Positions 41,150 through 54,918 of a stretch of DNA of 64,000 nucleotides are shown here, one piece after another; within the stretch, counting starts at the first letter, position 1, and every line of letters starts with the position of its first letter. A program made the translations under genes and the position numbers. The stretch spans positions 1-64,000 of the forward strand of contig NW_021832835.1 in NCBI RefSeq assembly GCF_006345805.1, read 5' to 3'. The notes beneath the pieces were generated by a model that worked only from the letters and a program-made list of their open reading frames with translations, made no database searches and was not told the origin of the DNA. Source of the DNA: Octopus sinensis. Lineage: Eukaryota.

Positions 41150-41940
41150 CATCACGAAATGCCTAGTCTCACATGTAACTGTCGAGACACTGAAGCTTGC
41201 CCACTTGACGAGTCGTGTATGATAAACTCCGTCGTCTATGAGGCAGAAGTCACAGCAATGCTTCAAGATAACCCAACTGAAGAGAACGATTATATTGCGC
41301 TATGCGAAGACGATTTCAAAAGATGCTATGCAAACTACCTATCTTTGCGAAACATCGAACAAAAGTAAAACCTCTAAGTTAGCTTCCCACGTATGGGGTT
41401 TGAAGACCAACGGCACATAACATACAATCAAGTGGAGAAGTGTAGAAAAATCCATTCCATATGTAAATGGATCTAAGAAATGCAACATACGCGTAGTTGA
41501 AAGATCACACATTCTTTTTAGACTGAAGAATTCCAGCGTACTACTTTATTCCAGATAAGAAATGTTTAGCAAATGCACGCATATTAACAAGTTTCTTTTC
41601 TTTTTCTCTGGATTGAGCTGCAATCTTGCAGATGTTGGATCCCTTTGCGTAGAATTGTTCTACAACTAGTGTAATTATGGCTCTTATTGACAAAGGTGAC
41701 GTAACTCTAATTTTCTTTCTTTCTTTTCCGTTTTCATTCATCCTTCTTTTTGCATAAAACTACTTTTTTCCCGTGATTTCTCATGTACCAGCTTGCGGAT
41801 TCTGAAAAAGAATTGACCATATATTCAGAGCCTGATGATTTCTTGGGAACGCAAGGTGTGTCATAAAAGCCCAGCCTAGACACGTGTCTCCAAAGCAAGG
41901 AACTATTACTAGCTTGTATCTATAGTGTCTACATTAAATG
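41150..41940 (+). mobile_element. PLE GIY-YIG 3' remnant with UTR and degenerate HHR (~41828-41892)
   Basis: CNCRDTEACPLDESC..VVYEA..YIA..SKLASHVWGLK..NGSKKC; CTGATGA..ga-cacgtg-TC. Confidence 0.75.
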
Positions 41941-42239
41941 ATATGTATATATATATATAATTATTATAAAGGGTTAAAACAAGTTGCTCAAAACCACATA
42001 CCGAAAATATTAGAAATAGCAGCCAAATAGGTCACCATTACTACTACTAGAAAAATAAGTCTCCACAAACAAACAGAATTTGTAACCCGTATATGGTAAA
42101 GAGAAAGAAGATACGAAATCCCAGCCTATTTGGATTAATTATGGACGAATTCGTTTCTGGATTAGAATCGAAAGTTCATTTCCTTATCAACATAATATTT
42201 CCTATAAATCTAGAAATGCTAGGAAAAAACTCATCCATT

Positions 42240-42373
42240 AGGTTTGAAAATGCAATTTTAAAAGATGTTTATTTACTTTACCGGTTTCACTTTTTAGAAA
42301 AAGATTGTCATTTTTCTAAAAAGTGAAACCGGTAAAGTAAATAAACATCTTTTAAAATTGCATTTTCAAACCT
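42240..42373. repeat. Perfect inverted repeat, 63-bp arms with 8-nt loop
   Basis: 42240-42302 is the exact reverse complement of 42311-42373; loop gattgtca. Confidence 0.95.
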
Positions 42374-42699
42374 TCTTTCATATATAATTCCACTCGTGCG
42401 GTACCTTACAACTCCACTTTGTTTTATATATACTAGATATACCCGCCATGACCACTCCAAGTTGAAAATGTCGATGCGCAGCGGGAAAGGAAAAAACAAT
42501 TTTGAACTTCATGTAATAAAATTCTTAAATAATACAGTTCTCTTGCTTTTGGTGTGACAGCATAAACAACCAAGTGTTTCTTCTTTGAAAGCGTTCCACT
42601 TTTAAAGGTTTGTCTGTGATATAAAGGACACCTAGATTAGCTTTCGAAAGAGTAGTAGTGGAATATATATTCTCGTAGTTGGGTTGGGCTTGTATTCTT

Positions 42700-42929
42700 T
42701 TATTTTTTACTTGTTTTGTCATTTGATTGCGGTCATACTGGAGCACCACCTTTTAGTCGAGCAAACCGACCCCAGGACCTATTCTTTGTAAGCCTAGTAC
42801 TTATTCTATCAGTCTCTTTTGCCGAATTGCTAAGTTACGGAGACGTAAACACATCAGCGATGTTGGGGGGACAACCACACACACACACACACACACACAC
42901 ACAACACACACACACACACACACACACAC

Positions 42930-42971
<42 letters not shown>

Positions 42972-43010
42972 CATTCATATATATATACAACGGGCTTCTT
43001 TCAGTTATTC
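42700..43010 (-). mobile_element. SINE family A, 3' part
   Basis: ttttacttgt..ggagcaccacctttagtcgagc..cgggcttctttcagtt. Confidence 0.8.
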
Positions 43011-44119
43011 GCTTTCCACGGCCTAAAAGTGACCAAGATTACAAAATTGCCTTGTACGAGATGCCGGTCCGTTGCAGGGTTAAAATCCAGAAAGTTTGTT
43101 GATTGACCACCGGACTTGGTTGGACTTTGTTTTGTCGACCTTGAAAGGATGAAAGGCAAAGTTTACCTCTGCAGGATTGAACTCAGAAGTAAAGAGCAGG
43201 AATAAGTATCGCAAAGCATTTGTCAGACGCACTAACATTTGTGCTAGCTTGCCTTTTCATCATGCCTGGTTCTAATCTCTTAAAACGCATTTAAAAATGA
43301 TTTTCAATCAGTGAAATGAGTGCGCGTCTTACGATAATCTAATTACAGGCAAGTAGTCTGTATAGATTTACTTTCCGATGTCGAAGGAAGTCTTATAAAG
43401 TTGGTGATTGATTCTAGAAGAATATCTCTTGGAGAGCATTGACTTGGATAAGAAATAACCAAGAACGAGTTATTAAGATCGTATCAGAAACAAATGGCGG
43501 AATATTACATATTACTCTCAGCAAAGAAGCATCGTACTATTTATTTCATGGGAATATCATCTTTAAAAACCGTATTTGATGGCAGAGGGCACACTTTTTC
43601 AAAACAAGTCTCAAAATAAAAAAAAGAAAAAGATCACCCTGGGCCTTGTATACGAAGTTAGGTTTAAAATACATTCTTTAATCCATTACTTAGACTTTAA
43701 GTTGGTATACCGCTTTATTTTTAGCCTTTCTTTTTGCTCTTGTAAAAATGACCATGTCATATCGATTACAATTCCTTCTGTCTTTTTGTCAACGATTGCA
43801 ACAGAGAGCCTGCTGTGTTTGTCCTCGGTTTCTATAAGAAAGTTCTACAGTCATCTCAGTTCATTATTTTCGAATACTGGCAATTGATGCCCACAAAATG
43901 GTTTTTTCCTCTTCTGTCGGGAGGCAAAAATAAATTTCTTTCAAAACTTTCAAGTGAATTATTGCAGCGACACCCTTTTTGCATTTATTCTTCTCAAAAG
44001 CTCCACCTCACCATATTCTTCGGTCTTCTCCATCCGTTTTGCAATGCCGTACTTCGTTCTCCCTCACAAACTGCTTTATGGTATTCAGAACTCAGACCCC
44101 ATTCCCCGCTAACAACTTT

Positions 44120-44268
44120 GCCTTCCATCTACCAAATCCTCTCACAAGGTTTTAGTTGACTTGAGGCCAGAGTAGAAAACACTTGCTCGAAGTACCATGC
44201 AGTGGGACTGAACCCAGAACCATGTGGTTGGGAAGCAAGTTTCTTATCACACGGCCACGCCTGCGCCT
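44120..44268 (-). mobile_element. SINE family A, head
   Basis: gcagtgggactgaacccagaaccatgtggttgg..ccacgcctgcgcct. Confidence 0.8.
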
Positions 44269-44317
44269 ATTTTATGCGCACTTATTTCAATTTTTGAGTA
44301 GCAGATGTTTTCATGTG

Positions 44318-44348
<31 letters not shown>

Positions 44349-44943
44349 ATGGATATTTGTCGATATATACATATACAATTATTTATATATAATATACATT
44401 TACATTAATGCTTGTTTTTATATAAAAGTTCGTAAGTATATTATTAACATACACGCGCACACATTCATACATATATAAACATATAGATATATACGCATAA
44501 AGTCCTTGTGTGTGTAGTTTAAGGGTATATAAATGTGAGCTTTTAATTACATACCTGTATTAATGTTGTATATAAATTCTCGCACATATTCAGCTGTTTT
44601 CTTATTCAGGGAGATAAGAAAACAATGGAAAGCCACAGTTTTAATGAAAGGAAGGGAAAGTGAAAAAAGAGAAAGTGATTTCAAGTGTATTTCTGGTGTG
44701 TAAAGTCGTCACAGATTAAAACGCTGTCTCTGTTTACAGTCAAGATGGAGAGTAAAAATTCCCAATTTTATTTTATAATCCGCGGGAGATTTTCTAGATT
44801 TCTATGAAACACAACGATTCAGGTTTTCTCGTTCCTCAGCAGTTTATGACTCCACAAGCTGCTCCAACAATCCAAACTCAAATATAAAATACATATTTCG
44901 CCTAATGTTTATTCATGGTTTGTGTGAGTAATAAATGGCAGAG

Positions 44944-44997
<54 letters not shown>

Positions 44998-45484
44998 AGA
45001 GTTAAACAAAAGAAGTAAAACAAAAGAAAACGAAAAAAAAACCCAAGGCAACATAATTATTAGTCGAAACATTTTCTCTGTAGAGCAACCCTATAAAAAT
45101 GTCTTACCATGAAATCAGTCTCGGCCAAATGACAAAAACGAAAGCAAAAAACCAGACGAACACTTTCCATTCAAGTAACGTCATGAAATGATATTATTAA
45201 AATCTGATATGGAAGGTTCGAGAAAATAATCCAAGAACAAGATAAACAAAAATCAATGCAGAGCACAATTGTGTTCGATTCTCATTAATTCCGAAATAAA
45301 CCACTCCTGTTATTTTGAACGGCAACATGTGTGCATTATCAGGTTTAATAAGGAGCACAGACTCAACAAACAAGAAACAAACAAGAAACAATGGAATGGA
45401 AGTAGACATGTTTTAATGTTTATTCTCGCACGATTTAAAGAAACTAATAAATCAGCAAGAGAGATATATAGGAAAACACAGGCA

Positions 45485-45570
45485 AATAACAATAATAATA
45501 ATAATAATAACATAATAATAATAATAACAATAATAATAATAATAATAACAATAATAACAATAATAATAAC

Positions 45571-45602
<32 letters not shown>

Positions 45603-45787
45603 TAATAATAATAATAAAAATAACAATAATAACAATAATAATAATAAAAATAATAATAATAAAAATAATAACAATAATAATAATAACAATAATAATAATA
45701 ACAATAATAATAATAATAATAATAAATAATAATAATAATAAAATAACATAATAATAATAATAATAAAAATAATAATAATAATAACAA

Positions 45788-45819
<32 letters not shown>

Positions 45820-45880
45820 TAATAATAATAATAAAAATAATAATAACAACAATAATAATAATAATAATAACAATAATAAC

Positions 45881-45924
<44 letters not shown>

Positions 45925-45970
45925 CAACAACAATAATAATAATAACAACAACAATAATAATAATAATAAT

Positions 45971-46001
<31 letters not shown>

Positions 46002-46003
46002 TA

Positions 46004-46037
<34 letters not shown>

Positions 46038-46062
46038 GAAGAAGAAGAACAACAACAATAAT
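45485..46062. repeat. (TAA)n/(CAA)n microsatellite
   Basis: Directly visible. Confidence 0.95.
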
Positions 46063-46297
46063 AAAACATGGCGACTGTAGTTGTTAGCTCGATATTCATA
46101 AATGTATCAAATTATTTCCGGATAACCGTATATAATTACTGTTTATGAGTATTACACAATGTCGGTAACAATGCAATCGAATATTTTGTGCAGAAGGTAT
46201 CGAAACATTTTTATTGTACCTCGGGTGGTTTATTTTGACAATATGAATATACGCGCTGTTTTACATCCAACTTCTTCTTATTAATAATATTATTATT

Positions 46298-46745
46298 GAG
46301 TGGGAGAGCAGCGCATGCCATCAAAGTGACACAACGGGACAAATAAGCAAAATATAGCCATCACGACTCCCTGTCTGATTAGGGAACACCAGGCACGTGC
46401 ATCACAGCCATATGAGCACAACATGCTGATCTCATATCAAGATAAACAGCATATGATGCTGCAGGTGGGGGTCTAGTTAGAATATTTTCAGGTAGTGTAG
46501 CACTTCCCAAACAAAAGGTTGGTTAAAGATGATGAACGAAACACCATGTTTTCAGGAGGGAATTATTCAAACCTCAAAGAATTCCTCTTTACACATGGCT
46601 ATGAAGCTCCTCAACTACTCTTGCATGCGATCAGAGATGCATGTATCGTGCACAACTAAGAGACATACCCAACTGGTTAAGGTCAAGAAACTGGTAAGCA
46701 AATCCGTGATATTGAACAGAATACTTGCTGCCGTCCATCTTTATA
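46298..46745. mobile_element. Interspersed non-coding repeat, family E (second copy at 48750-49110)
   Basis: Shared blocks gcatgccatcaaagtgacac..gtctgat..gcatcaca..tgatctcatatc..gcaggtgggg..aattattcaaacct. Confidence 0.7.
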
Positions 46746-46754
46746 ATAATTTAC

Positions 46755-48056
46755 CAAGTTCGGGCGAGATATCAGACAGGGTGGCCAGTCTCACCTAGAA
46801 ATGGGCCGAGAGGAAACTGTCATTGAAAGATCGGGTGGAGGTGACGAATACGTACATCGCATCCGTCATATACTACCGCATGACTGTCGTCCCTTGGCTC
46901 ACTTCGTGATTGAACAGGCTGGTGTGTTTGCTCTTCCGCTTCCTGTGGAGGGAACAGGTACCGCTTGTCAGACGGTCTATTTGCTGTCTGCACCCGTTGC
47001 GTGGAGGACTAGGTATGCCGTAGCTAAGGATGCGCAGACATGCGCTGAGGTTGCGACATCTCCAGTGATACCTTAACAGTGAGCAGGTGTGGTCGCCGTT
47101 TGTTCAACGTGCTTATCCGCAGCTCGTCTCTTTGACGGAGTTACAATCTTGGATCAGGCGTAGACCGAGGCAGGGCGCTTAGAGTGTATCCAAGCGCTCA
47201 CAGCCCTCCGCCAGTTGGGCAATGAAGTCGGTGGAAGTTCCACCTTGGGGTTCTATAGGGGATTAGTGGACGGCAAGAGCGACGACGTACTCGGAGAGAT
47301 CTTGGGCGTCGAGGGGTACCATCAACTGGCTGGTCTCTTCCGGAGGACTTTCGGGTCGGGAACTATGCATAATATCCAGAAATTTCTGGCTTCGCAGTGC
47401 TACCGGGGCGGGGGCACTGCCGGTTCCAGATAACTTCTACAGTCAGTCGGGCTTGTCCGAGATGCGTTCTGCATGCTCTCGTACAGTGTCTGTGCATTGC
47501 TGACTTGTAGAGCTTTGTCGAAACGTTACTGTCACGTGTAGGACGGATCCGGGTCTCGTTCGAGTCCATTTGAAGATCGCCCCGCCTCCTTCATTTGACG
47601 GGGGAGGGCAATTTTTCTCTGTCCGGTGTCTATGGCAAAAGAGGTTGTGTGGTGGGCGCCATTGAAAGGGTTGAAGACGGGTACCTTCCTTTTTGGCCAA
47701 GGCCTCATTGACCTTTTCAGGTTCCACCTGAAAAGGAAAGTGAGGCTGGAGAAGGAGGTACTGTCACCCAGTAAGTTCGTTGAAAGGTGGGTGAATGTGG
47801 CAAGAATGGCCAGCGTGAATGGTTCTACTCTAAGTGTGCACCTGTAGGTCGGATGGAGGGGGGGAAGAGAGGGTGCCTTCATGAGGAGACGTTGATGTTA
47901 AGGGGTCCAAAGGGCGTGAGATCTCTGTGGTCACCTTACGGCGGAACTACTCTACTGGGGATGAATATTGTTGATTTACTCTCTTGTTTAACCTCATCGT
48001 CCCTCGTCTGTGTATCGTACTCTATTTTGTATTCGGCCTTGGTGGCCAATGAAGAA
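46755..48056 (+). mobile_element. Tx1/L1-group LINE 3' portion, decayed
   Basis: KWAERKLSLKDRVEVTNTYIASVIYY, LHPLRGGLGMP, CPRC..LHALVQC, FHLKRKVRLEKEVLSPSKFVERWV. Confidence 0.75.
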
Positions 48057-48070
48057 TTATTATTATTGTT

Positions 48071-48101
<31 letters not shown>

Positions 48102-48114
48102 CCATCATCATTAC

Positions 48115-48149
<35 letters not shown>

Positions 48150-48171
48150 TATTATTATTATTATTATTATA

Positions 48172-48367
48172 GCAAAGCGGCGGGTTTGCACGCCGGGCAA
48201 AATTTCGACTGTTGCAACGTTCTGAGTTAAAATTCCGCCGAGATCGACTTTGCCTTTCATCCTTTCGGTGTCGATTGATTAAGTACCAGTTACATACTGG
48301 GGTCGAGGTAATCGACTAGTCCTCTCACCACAAATTTCAGGTTTTGTGCATCCAGTAGAAAGGATTA
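48172..48367 (+). mobile_element. SINE family B (deleted head); duplicated at 49491-49685
   Basis: gttctgagttaaaattccgccgagatcgactttgcctttcatcctttcgg. Confidence 0.8.
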
Positions 48368-48376
48368 TGGTTATTA

Positions 48377-48735
48377 GTGCTGTCCTCGAGTGAGTTTATT
48401 GAAAGGTGGGTGTAAGTGGCGAAAAGTGTAGACCTGTGAGTTGGAGAGAAGGAATTGGTGAGGGTTCCTGCTTTGGGGTTTCTGGGAAATCTCGGACAGC
48501 AGGGTTCCTCAATGTTGCCTGGAGGCCTTCCTTATCAGGCGGGCCACATCTCTATCATCCTCCCCGCTGTATGTAATGCGTGTGTCCGTTCTTTTTTAGT
48601 GTATACTTAATTTCTTTCTTTCTTTCCTCTTTTTTCCTTCTCTAATAATTTAAGTATCTGTAACCCCGCTACACTTTAAGTTTGTCTTTGTATTGTAACC
48701 TTCATCCTTCGCCCTTGTGGCAAGTAAATGAAATC
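48377..48735 (+). mobile_element. Second short Tx1-like 3' end
   Basis: VLSSSEFIERWV parallels the VLSPSKFVERWV peptide near 47760; 3' tail resembles 48000-48056. Confidence 0.55.
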
Positions 48736-48750
48736 ATTATTATTATTATT

Positions 48751-48797
<47 letters not shown>

Positions 48798-49107
48798 CTG
48801 TGCATGTCATCAGATTGACACTGGCGTACAAATATACGAAGCCCAGTATACCCACAATGACTACCAGTCTGATAAAGGTATACCAGACACATGCATCACA
48901 ACCATGTATGCGCGACATGTTGATCTCATATCGCCATAAAACAGCAGGTGGGGCCCGGTTAGAATTTTCTTCGGGTCGATTAGCCCAACCTGTTCAAAAG
49001 GTCCCTGAATAAGGGTTGTTTAAGGATGTTGAACGAAACACGTTTCCAGTGGTGAATTATTCAAACCTAAAGAATTCCTCTCAACTCATAGCTATGATAC
49101 TCCCCCA

Positions 49108-49109
<2 letters not shown>

Positions 49110-49140
<31 letters not shown>

Positions 49141-49305
49141 CTTCTTCTCTTCTTCTTCTTTTCTTTCTTCTCTTCTTCTTCTTCTTCTTCTTCTTCTCTT
49201 CTTCTTCTTCTTCTTCTTCTTCTTCTTCTTCTTCTTCTTCTTCTCTCTTCTTCTTCTTCTTCTTCTTCTCTCTTCTTCTTCTTCTCTCTTCTTCTTCTTC
49301 TTCTT
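49110..49305. repeat. (CTT)n microsatellite
   Basis: Directly visible. Confidence 0.95.
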
Positions 49306-49426
49306 TTCTTTCTTTCTTTCCTCTTTTTTCCTTCTCTAATAATTTAAGTATCTGTAACCCCGCTACACTTTAAGTTTGTCTTTGTATTGTAACCTTCATC
49401 CTTCGCCCTTGTGGCAAGTAAATGAA

Positions 49427-49473
<47 letters not shown>

Positions 49474-49563
49474 TTATTATTATTATTATAGCAAAGCGGC
49501 GGGTTTGCACGCCGGGCAAAATTTCGACTGTTGCAACGTTCTGAGTTAAAATTCCGCCGAGAT

Positions 49564-49884
49564 CGACTTTGCCTTTCATCCTTTCGGTGTCGATTGATTA
49601 AGTACCAGTTACATACTGGTGTTGATGTGATCGACTATCACCCTCCCCATAATTTCAGGCCTTGTGACTTTAGTAAAAAGGATTATTATTGTTTTGTTGT
49701 TATTCGTGTTGATTCTTTTAACCCAGGTTTTGTTGGAACTCTTGGAATCTTGCATGCAAAGCGGGTTGCCATTTCTTGCCACGGTACCATGCTGTTTGTT
49801 GTCTTCATCTTCTACCGAATACTTTCCTGAGAATTCTGTCTCTGCCGACCAGGCAATCATCTTGCAGCAGCTCGATGGCAATCA

Positions 49885-49923
<39 letters not shown>

Positions 49924-50250
49924 CGACTTTGCCTTTCATCCTTTCGGTGTCGATTGATTAAGTACCAGTTACATACTGGTGTTGATGTGATCGACTATCA
50001 CCCTCCCCATAATTTCAGGCCTTGTGACTTTAGTAAAAAGGATTATTATTGTTTTGTTGTTATTCGTGTTGATTCTTTTAACCCAGGTTTTGTTGGAACT
50101 CTTGGAATCTTGCATGCAAAGCGGGTTTGCCATTTCTTGCCCACGGTACCATGCTGTTTGTTGTCTTCATCTTCTACCGAATACTTTCCTGAGAATTCTG
50201 TCTCTGCCGACCAGGCAATCATCTTGCAGCAGCTCGATGGCAATCAGTAT
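49564..50250 (+). repeat. Tandem duplication of ~330 bp (49564-49890 and 49923-50250), each copy followed by (TA)n
   Basis: Copies look identical except for two single-base homopolymer insertions. Confidence 0.9.
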
Positions 50251-50267
50251 ATATATATATATATATA

Positions 50268-50324
<57 letters not shown>

Positions 50325-50434
50325 TAATATATATATATATATATAATATATAAATTGGATTATGATTATTCATAATAAGGCCTCCTAATGAAGCTATTGT
50401 AATACCAGATAATCCATTTGTCCGTCTTTATTGC

Positions 50435-50499
<65 letters not shown>

Positions 50500-51096
50500 G
50501 CTGTCTGTCTGTCTGTCTGTCTCTCTGTCTGCAAGCATGCCTGCGTGTATGTATGTGTGTGCGAGTGTTTATATATATCTGTAATCGTGTGTGTGCGTGT
50601 GATGGTAAACATAAACATACATATACATACATACATACATACATACATACATACATACATAAACGCGCGCGCGCGCACCCACACACACACATACACACAT
50701 ACACACATGCACACACACACATTCATCTAACCAGCCGTTTTCTACATAACTAAACGTTTCATATCTCTTCTCAATATTTCAATATTTAAATCGTGTCATT
50801 CGCTCCACCTTTGATATTTATCTTCCCCGATCTTCTTCTTCTTCTTCTTCTTCTTCTTCCCCCCTTCTGCTCCTCCTACCACCACATATTCCTCCCCACC
50901 CACTCTGCGATTCTTACATCTTATTAAATATGCAATAAATATTTCTCTGGCTTATTTTTACAAAACTGAAACATTTAACACAATTTTCAATGTTTTTAGC
51001 TTTATTAAATATCTCTGTCTCACTACTCTCTCTCTCTCTCTCTCTCTATTTCGCTTCCTTTCCCTGTCTCCCTTTTCATATCTGTCTGTCTGTCTC

Positions 51097-51131
<35 letters not shown>

Positions 51132-52474
51132 ACCTGTATGTATGCATGTATGCCTACGTAACCCAACTGGAACCAGGGTCCGTTTCCATCACTCATCCCA
51201 AAAGCTGTGTCCCTTTCAACAGTTCAATCATATTGGTGAGCATTTCTAGATTCTTCTAATTCGCTTAAATCATCGCCTCTGACCATTTCTTTTGGCATGG
51301 TTTATGCTGATTCGGGATTCTAGACCTGTCTTTCTTGTACTTCGAAACCGTTGTTCCCAGCTGTCAGCTGTTTATATTTGGCAATATTATTCACCTTTTT
51401 CCCACCAACCCACGCATGACGCAGTAGAATGATCCCTTGTCTTACTTTGCAACCAGAAACCCGTCCTCTATTCTTCCGAATTGTTTGTCACCCGTGACGA
51501 AATTTTCTTTTTCGGTTTTACCTTGCTTCCAGACACATCTTCATTAATCTGGAGTGGGATTGCTTCTTCGCTCATTTTTAATGTCTCTTAAGTCGCCATT
51601 CTCCTTTCGGTATTTGTTTTTAGAACAACCAAGGCAATGGCTAAAGCGACTTTCCTATCCGACTTTCAGACCCGACCCCTGACTTCTTTAATTTTGTAGC
51701 AATAATGGTGATAGCAACAATAATGGTTTCGATGAATGGCTCCAAAAATCCAATTCTTTTAATCTTACTATATTTTATCTGCCTCTGACATACTTAATGT
51801 TCTACTCTTTACAAACATAAATAGGAAAATCAAGGTTGAAGGTTCTTTCATGAACATTCAGATTAAATAATCCGTGGAGCTTTCTCTCTCTCTCTCTCTC
51901 TCTCTCTGTTTCTCTCTCTCTATCCCTTCTCTTTGTCTATATCACTCTTTACACACACACACACACACACACACACCAATACATACATATAGGTATGTTT
52001 GTGTGTGTGGGTATATACATGTGTGTATATGTGTATTTGCGTGAAAATAATCTGATATAACACCAGAAAAGCAATAAACTTTATAAATATTGAACAGGAA
52101 ATGTTTGTAAATTCAGATTTGAAATTAATAGAATCGATTCTAAAAGTCACGTTGACGCATGGGTTTCTCTCGCACAACACAGAGTTAAATATCTCTGTTT
52201 AGATATGTATATGTATATTTATATATGTCTGTGTCTGTGTATGTGCGTGTATATATATATATATATATATATGTACACACACACGCGCGTGCATACGCAC
52301 ATGTATACATATGTCTGCGAGCGTGTGTGAACGTGAATGTGTGTAAAACAATGCTTGCCTGTGCGTGTGAGTATACCGTAGCCATTTACACTATGTCTGT
52401 AAACGGCCACCATTCGTCAGTGCATCCGCATCGGAAAAGAGATTGAACACATACACACACACTCATACACTTAC

Positions 52475-52522
<48 letters not shown>

Positions 52523-52589
52523 GTGTATGTATGTATGCATATGTATATACATGTACGTACATGCGTGCCATATATGTGTATGTTTATAC

Positions 52590-52648
<59 letters not shown>

Positions 52649-53355
52649 AAAGCATGTATCTATGTCTCTTTATGTGTATTTTATCAAATGATACACAGAG
52701 TAAGAAATACGCTCAGCAATGTTGCTATCAATAATATGTAAAAGAAAAACAAATATAAACTTCGTCTTCATGAATAACCTTTACGGTGATCACACTTTGG
52801 ATACACATCGCAAAAGAACATATTCAAACGTTAAATAAATAAAATCGGGATTGCAATGAACGTTCAATGCAAATTCAGTTGCCAACAGCAATCGAGTTGA
52901 TATCATATAAAATGTTATTGAGTAAACTATGTTATTTTTAGTGGCATGCCATCGTTCGTGATCGAAACGTTCCTCATCTTTTTACGCCATTGACGCAGGT
53001 GAGACTCTTGAGAAGAAAATCGTAGACGCCAGCGTCACTTTCTCCTGTTCCGCTCCTGTTGTTTTCTCCAAAAGCAATCGTTCCTCAATCCTTATACAAC
53101 ATAGATAAATAATTCCGCATAATCATTTTCTTTATCTCGTTATCGCTGCCAGGTTGGTGTTAAACCATTCTCTTTGTTTTCATTCTACAAATAGACATTA
53201 CCAATTTTCTTCATTTGTTCATGGATTTACTTTATGAATACCTATTTTAATTGGATTTTTAATTGGGTTTCTCCACCCTTTCTTGACAAAATGAACTGTA
53301 ATAATACCATTGATGAAGAATATTCTTCCATTGCTAGATATGATTAACCCCTCTC

Positions 53356-53444
53356 TCTCTCCGATGACGGAATACTCAGCCTGTATAATCCTCGCTCGAC
53401 ATGATGTTCCAATAGCTGGGAATTCTAGAAACAGTTGTTAGAGA
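53356..53444 (+). ncRNA. Type I hammerhead-like motif with long stem II (core CCGATGA)
   Basis: tctct-CCGATGA-c-ggaat.ctcagc..gctggg.attct-a-GAAA-cagttg-TT-agaga. Confidence 0.6.
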
Positions 53445-53785
53445 CTATGCAAACCATATATTGCTAAACTGAATGTCCCTGTCGATTCTTGCCAAACCGT
53501 TTGCCTTTTTTATTTCCGCTTTAATCTATACCTAACGGCTTAACGAGAAGCCTTAGCCACTTCAGAAAGACACTCACAAAATCACACACACAGCCACACA
53601 CATAAAAGTAACAATGGCTGCCAAATTTCGACTTATCCGCCTTCATAGAAGCAAAACGTCGAAGCCACCGCCAAGCATTTTCTTGTAGAAATCAATAGAC
53701 ATATACTCGAATAAATAGTAACGTATACTCCCTCGCTTTCATATTGGACTGTTTTTATTTATAACATGGTATGGAAACAAACATC

Positions 53786-53855
<70 letters not shown>

Positions 53856-54066
53856 GTAATTATTATTATTATTATAATAATAATAATAACGATATTTTCC
53901 CCATTGAACAAAAAGGGTGCCGCCGAGGCTCATACGGATGCAAAGATCAACTGCCAAATAATCGTATGATCCTTGAGAACTGTCATGTCACAACAAGCGC
54001 AGAAATCTCAGCTCCGCATGGATTGACTATAAAAAGGCCTTCGACAGTATACTGCATCCATGGATC

Positions 54067-54786
54067 TTGAAATCGCTGGACATCTTCAAAAATTCCCCTG
54101 TGATTTCAAGCTTCCTGAAGCACAATATGTCGTTGTGGAATACGAATCTCCAATTATACCACTCTAATGGAGTACTTGCCTCAGAGAATATAAACATCAA
54201 CTGTGGAATTTTTCAAGGTGACTCACTTTCACCTCTAATATTCTGCATAGCCCTAATACCCCTTACAAGTGAATTAAACAGAACAGGGTATGAGTATAAA
54301 ATTGTCAATAAAAACATAAGCCATCTATTTTATATGGATGACTTAAAACTCTATGGTAAAGACGATAATGAACTTGAAGGCCTATTGCGCATTGTGAAAT
54401 CATTCAGTGATGACATCGGGATGGAGTTTGGGCTTGAGAAGTGTGCCAAGGCCACTTTCCAGAAAGGGAAAGGGAAGACCACAAATTCAGTCGTGTTAGA
54501 TGTTGACACAGTCATAAGAGAGCTTGAGCAAGAACAAACATACAAATATTTAGGGATAAATGAAGGCTCTGGAATTCAGCATGCAAGCATGAAAGAGAAG
54601 ATCAGGAAGGAATGTTATAGGAGAGTTCGTGCAGTCCTGAAATCTGAAGTAAATGCACGTAACAAGGTGTTAGCTATAAATTCCTTAGCAGTTCCAGTTG
54701 TTACTTATAGCTACAATGTGTTGAACTGGAATATGAGTGAAGTAAAGAATATAGATAGGGAAAATACGCAAGCTGCTGACTTGTAA
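54067..54786 (+). pseudogene. RT core of the R4/Dong-like element (frameshifted)
   Basis: QGDSLSP and YMDD motifs; frameshifts upstream (~53990) and at ~54765. Confidence 0.9.
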
Positions 54787-54918
54787 TAGGATGCGCCACC
54801 CAAAGGCAGACGTAGATCGCCTTTACCTCCCCAGAGCCCAAGGAGGTCGAGGACTGATCCAGCTTACAAAACAACCACTACTGGACTGGCCAAATATCTT
54901 GAAATAACGAATGACTGG

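Noticed and set aside
51150-51700. Complex island as a coding or LTR remnant
   Set aside because: No readable motifs in any frame.
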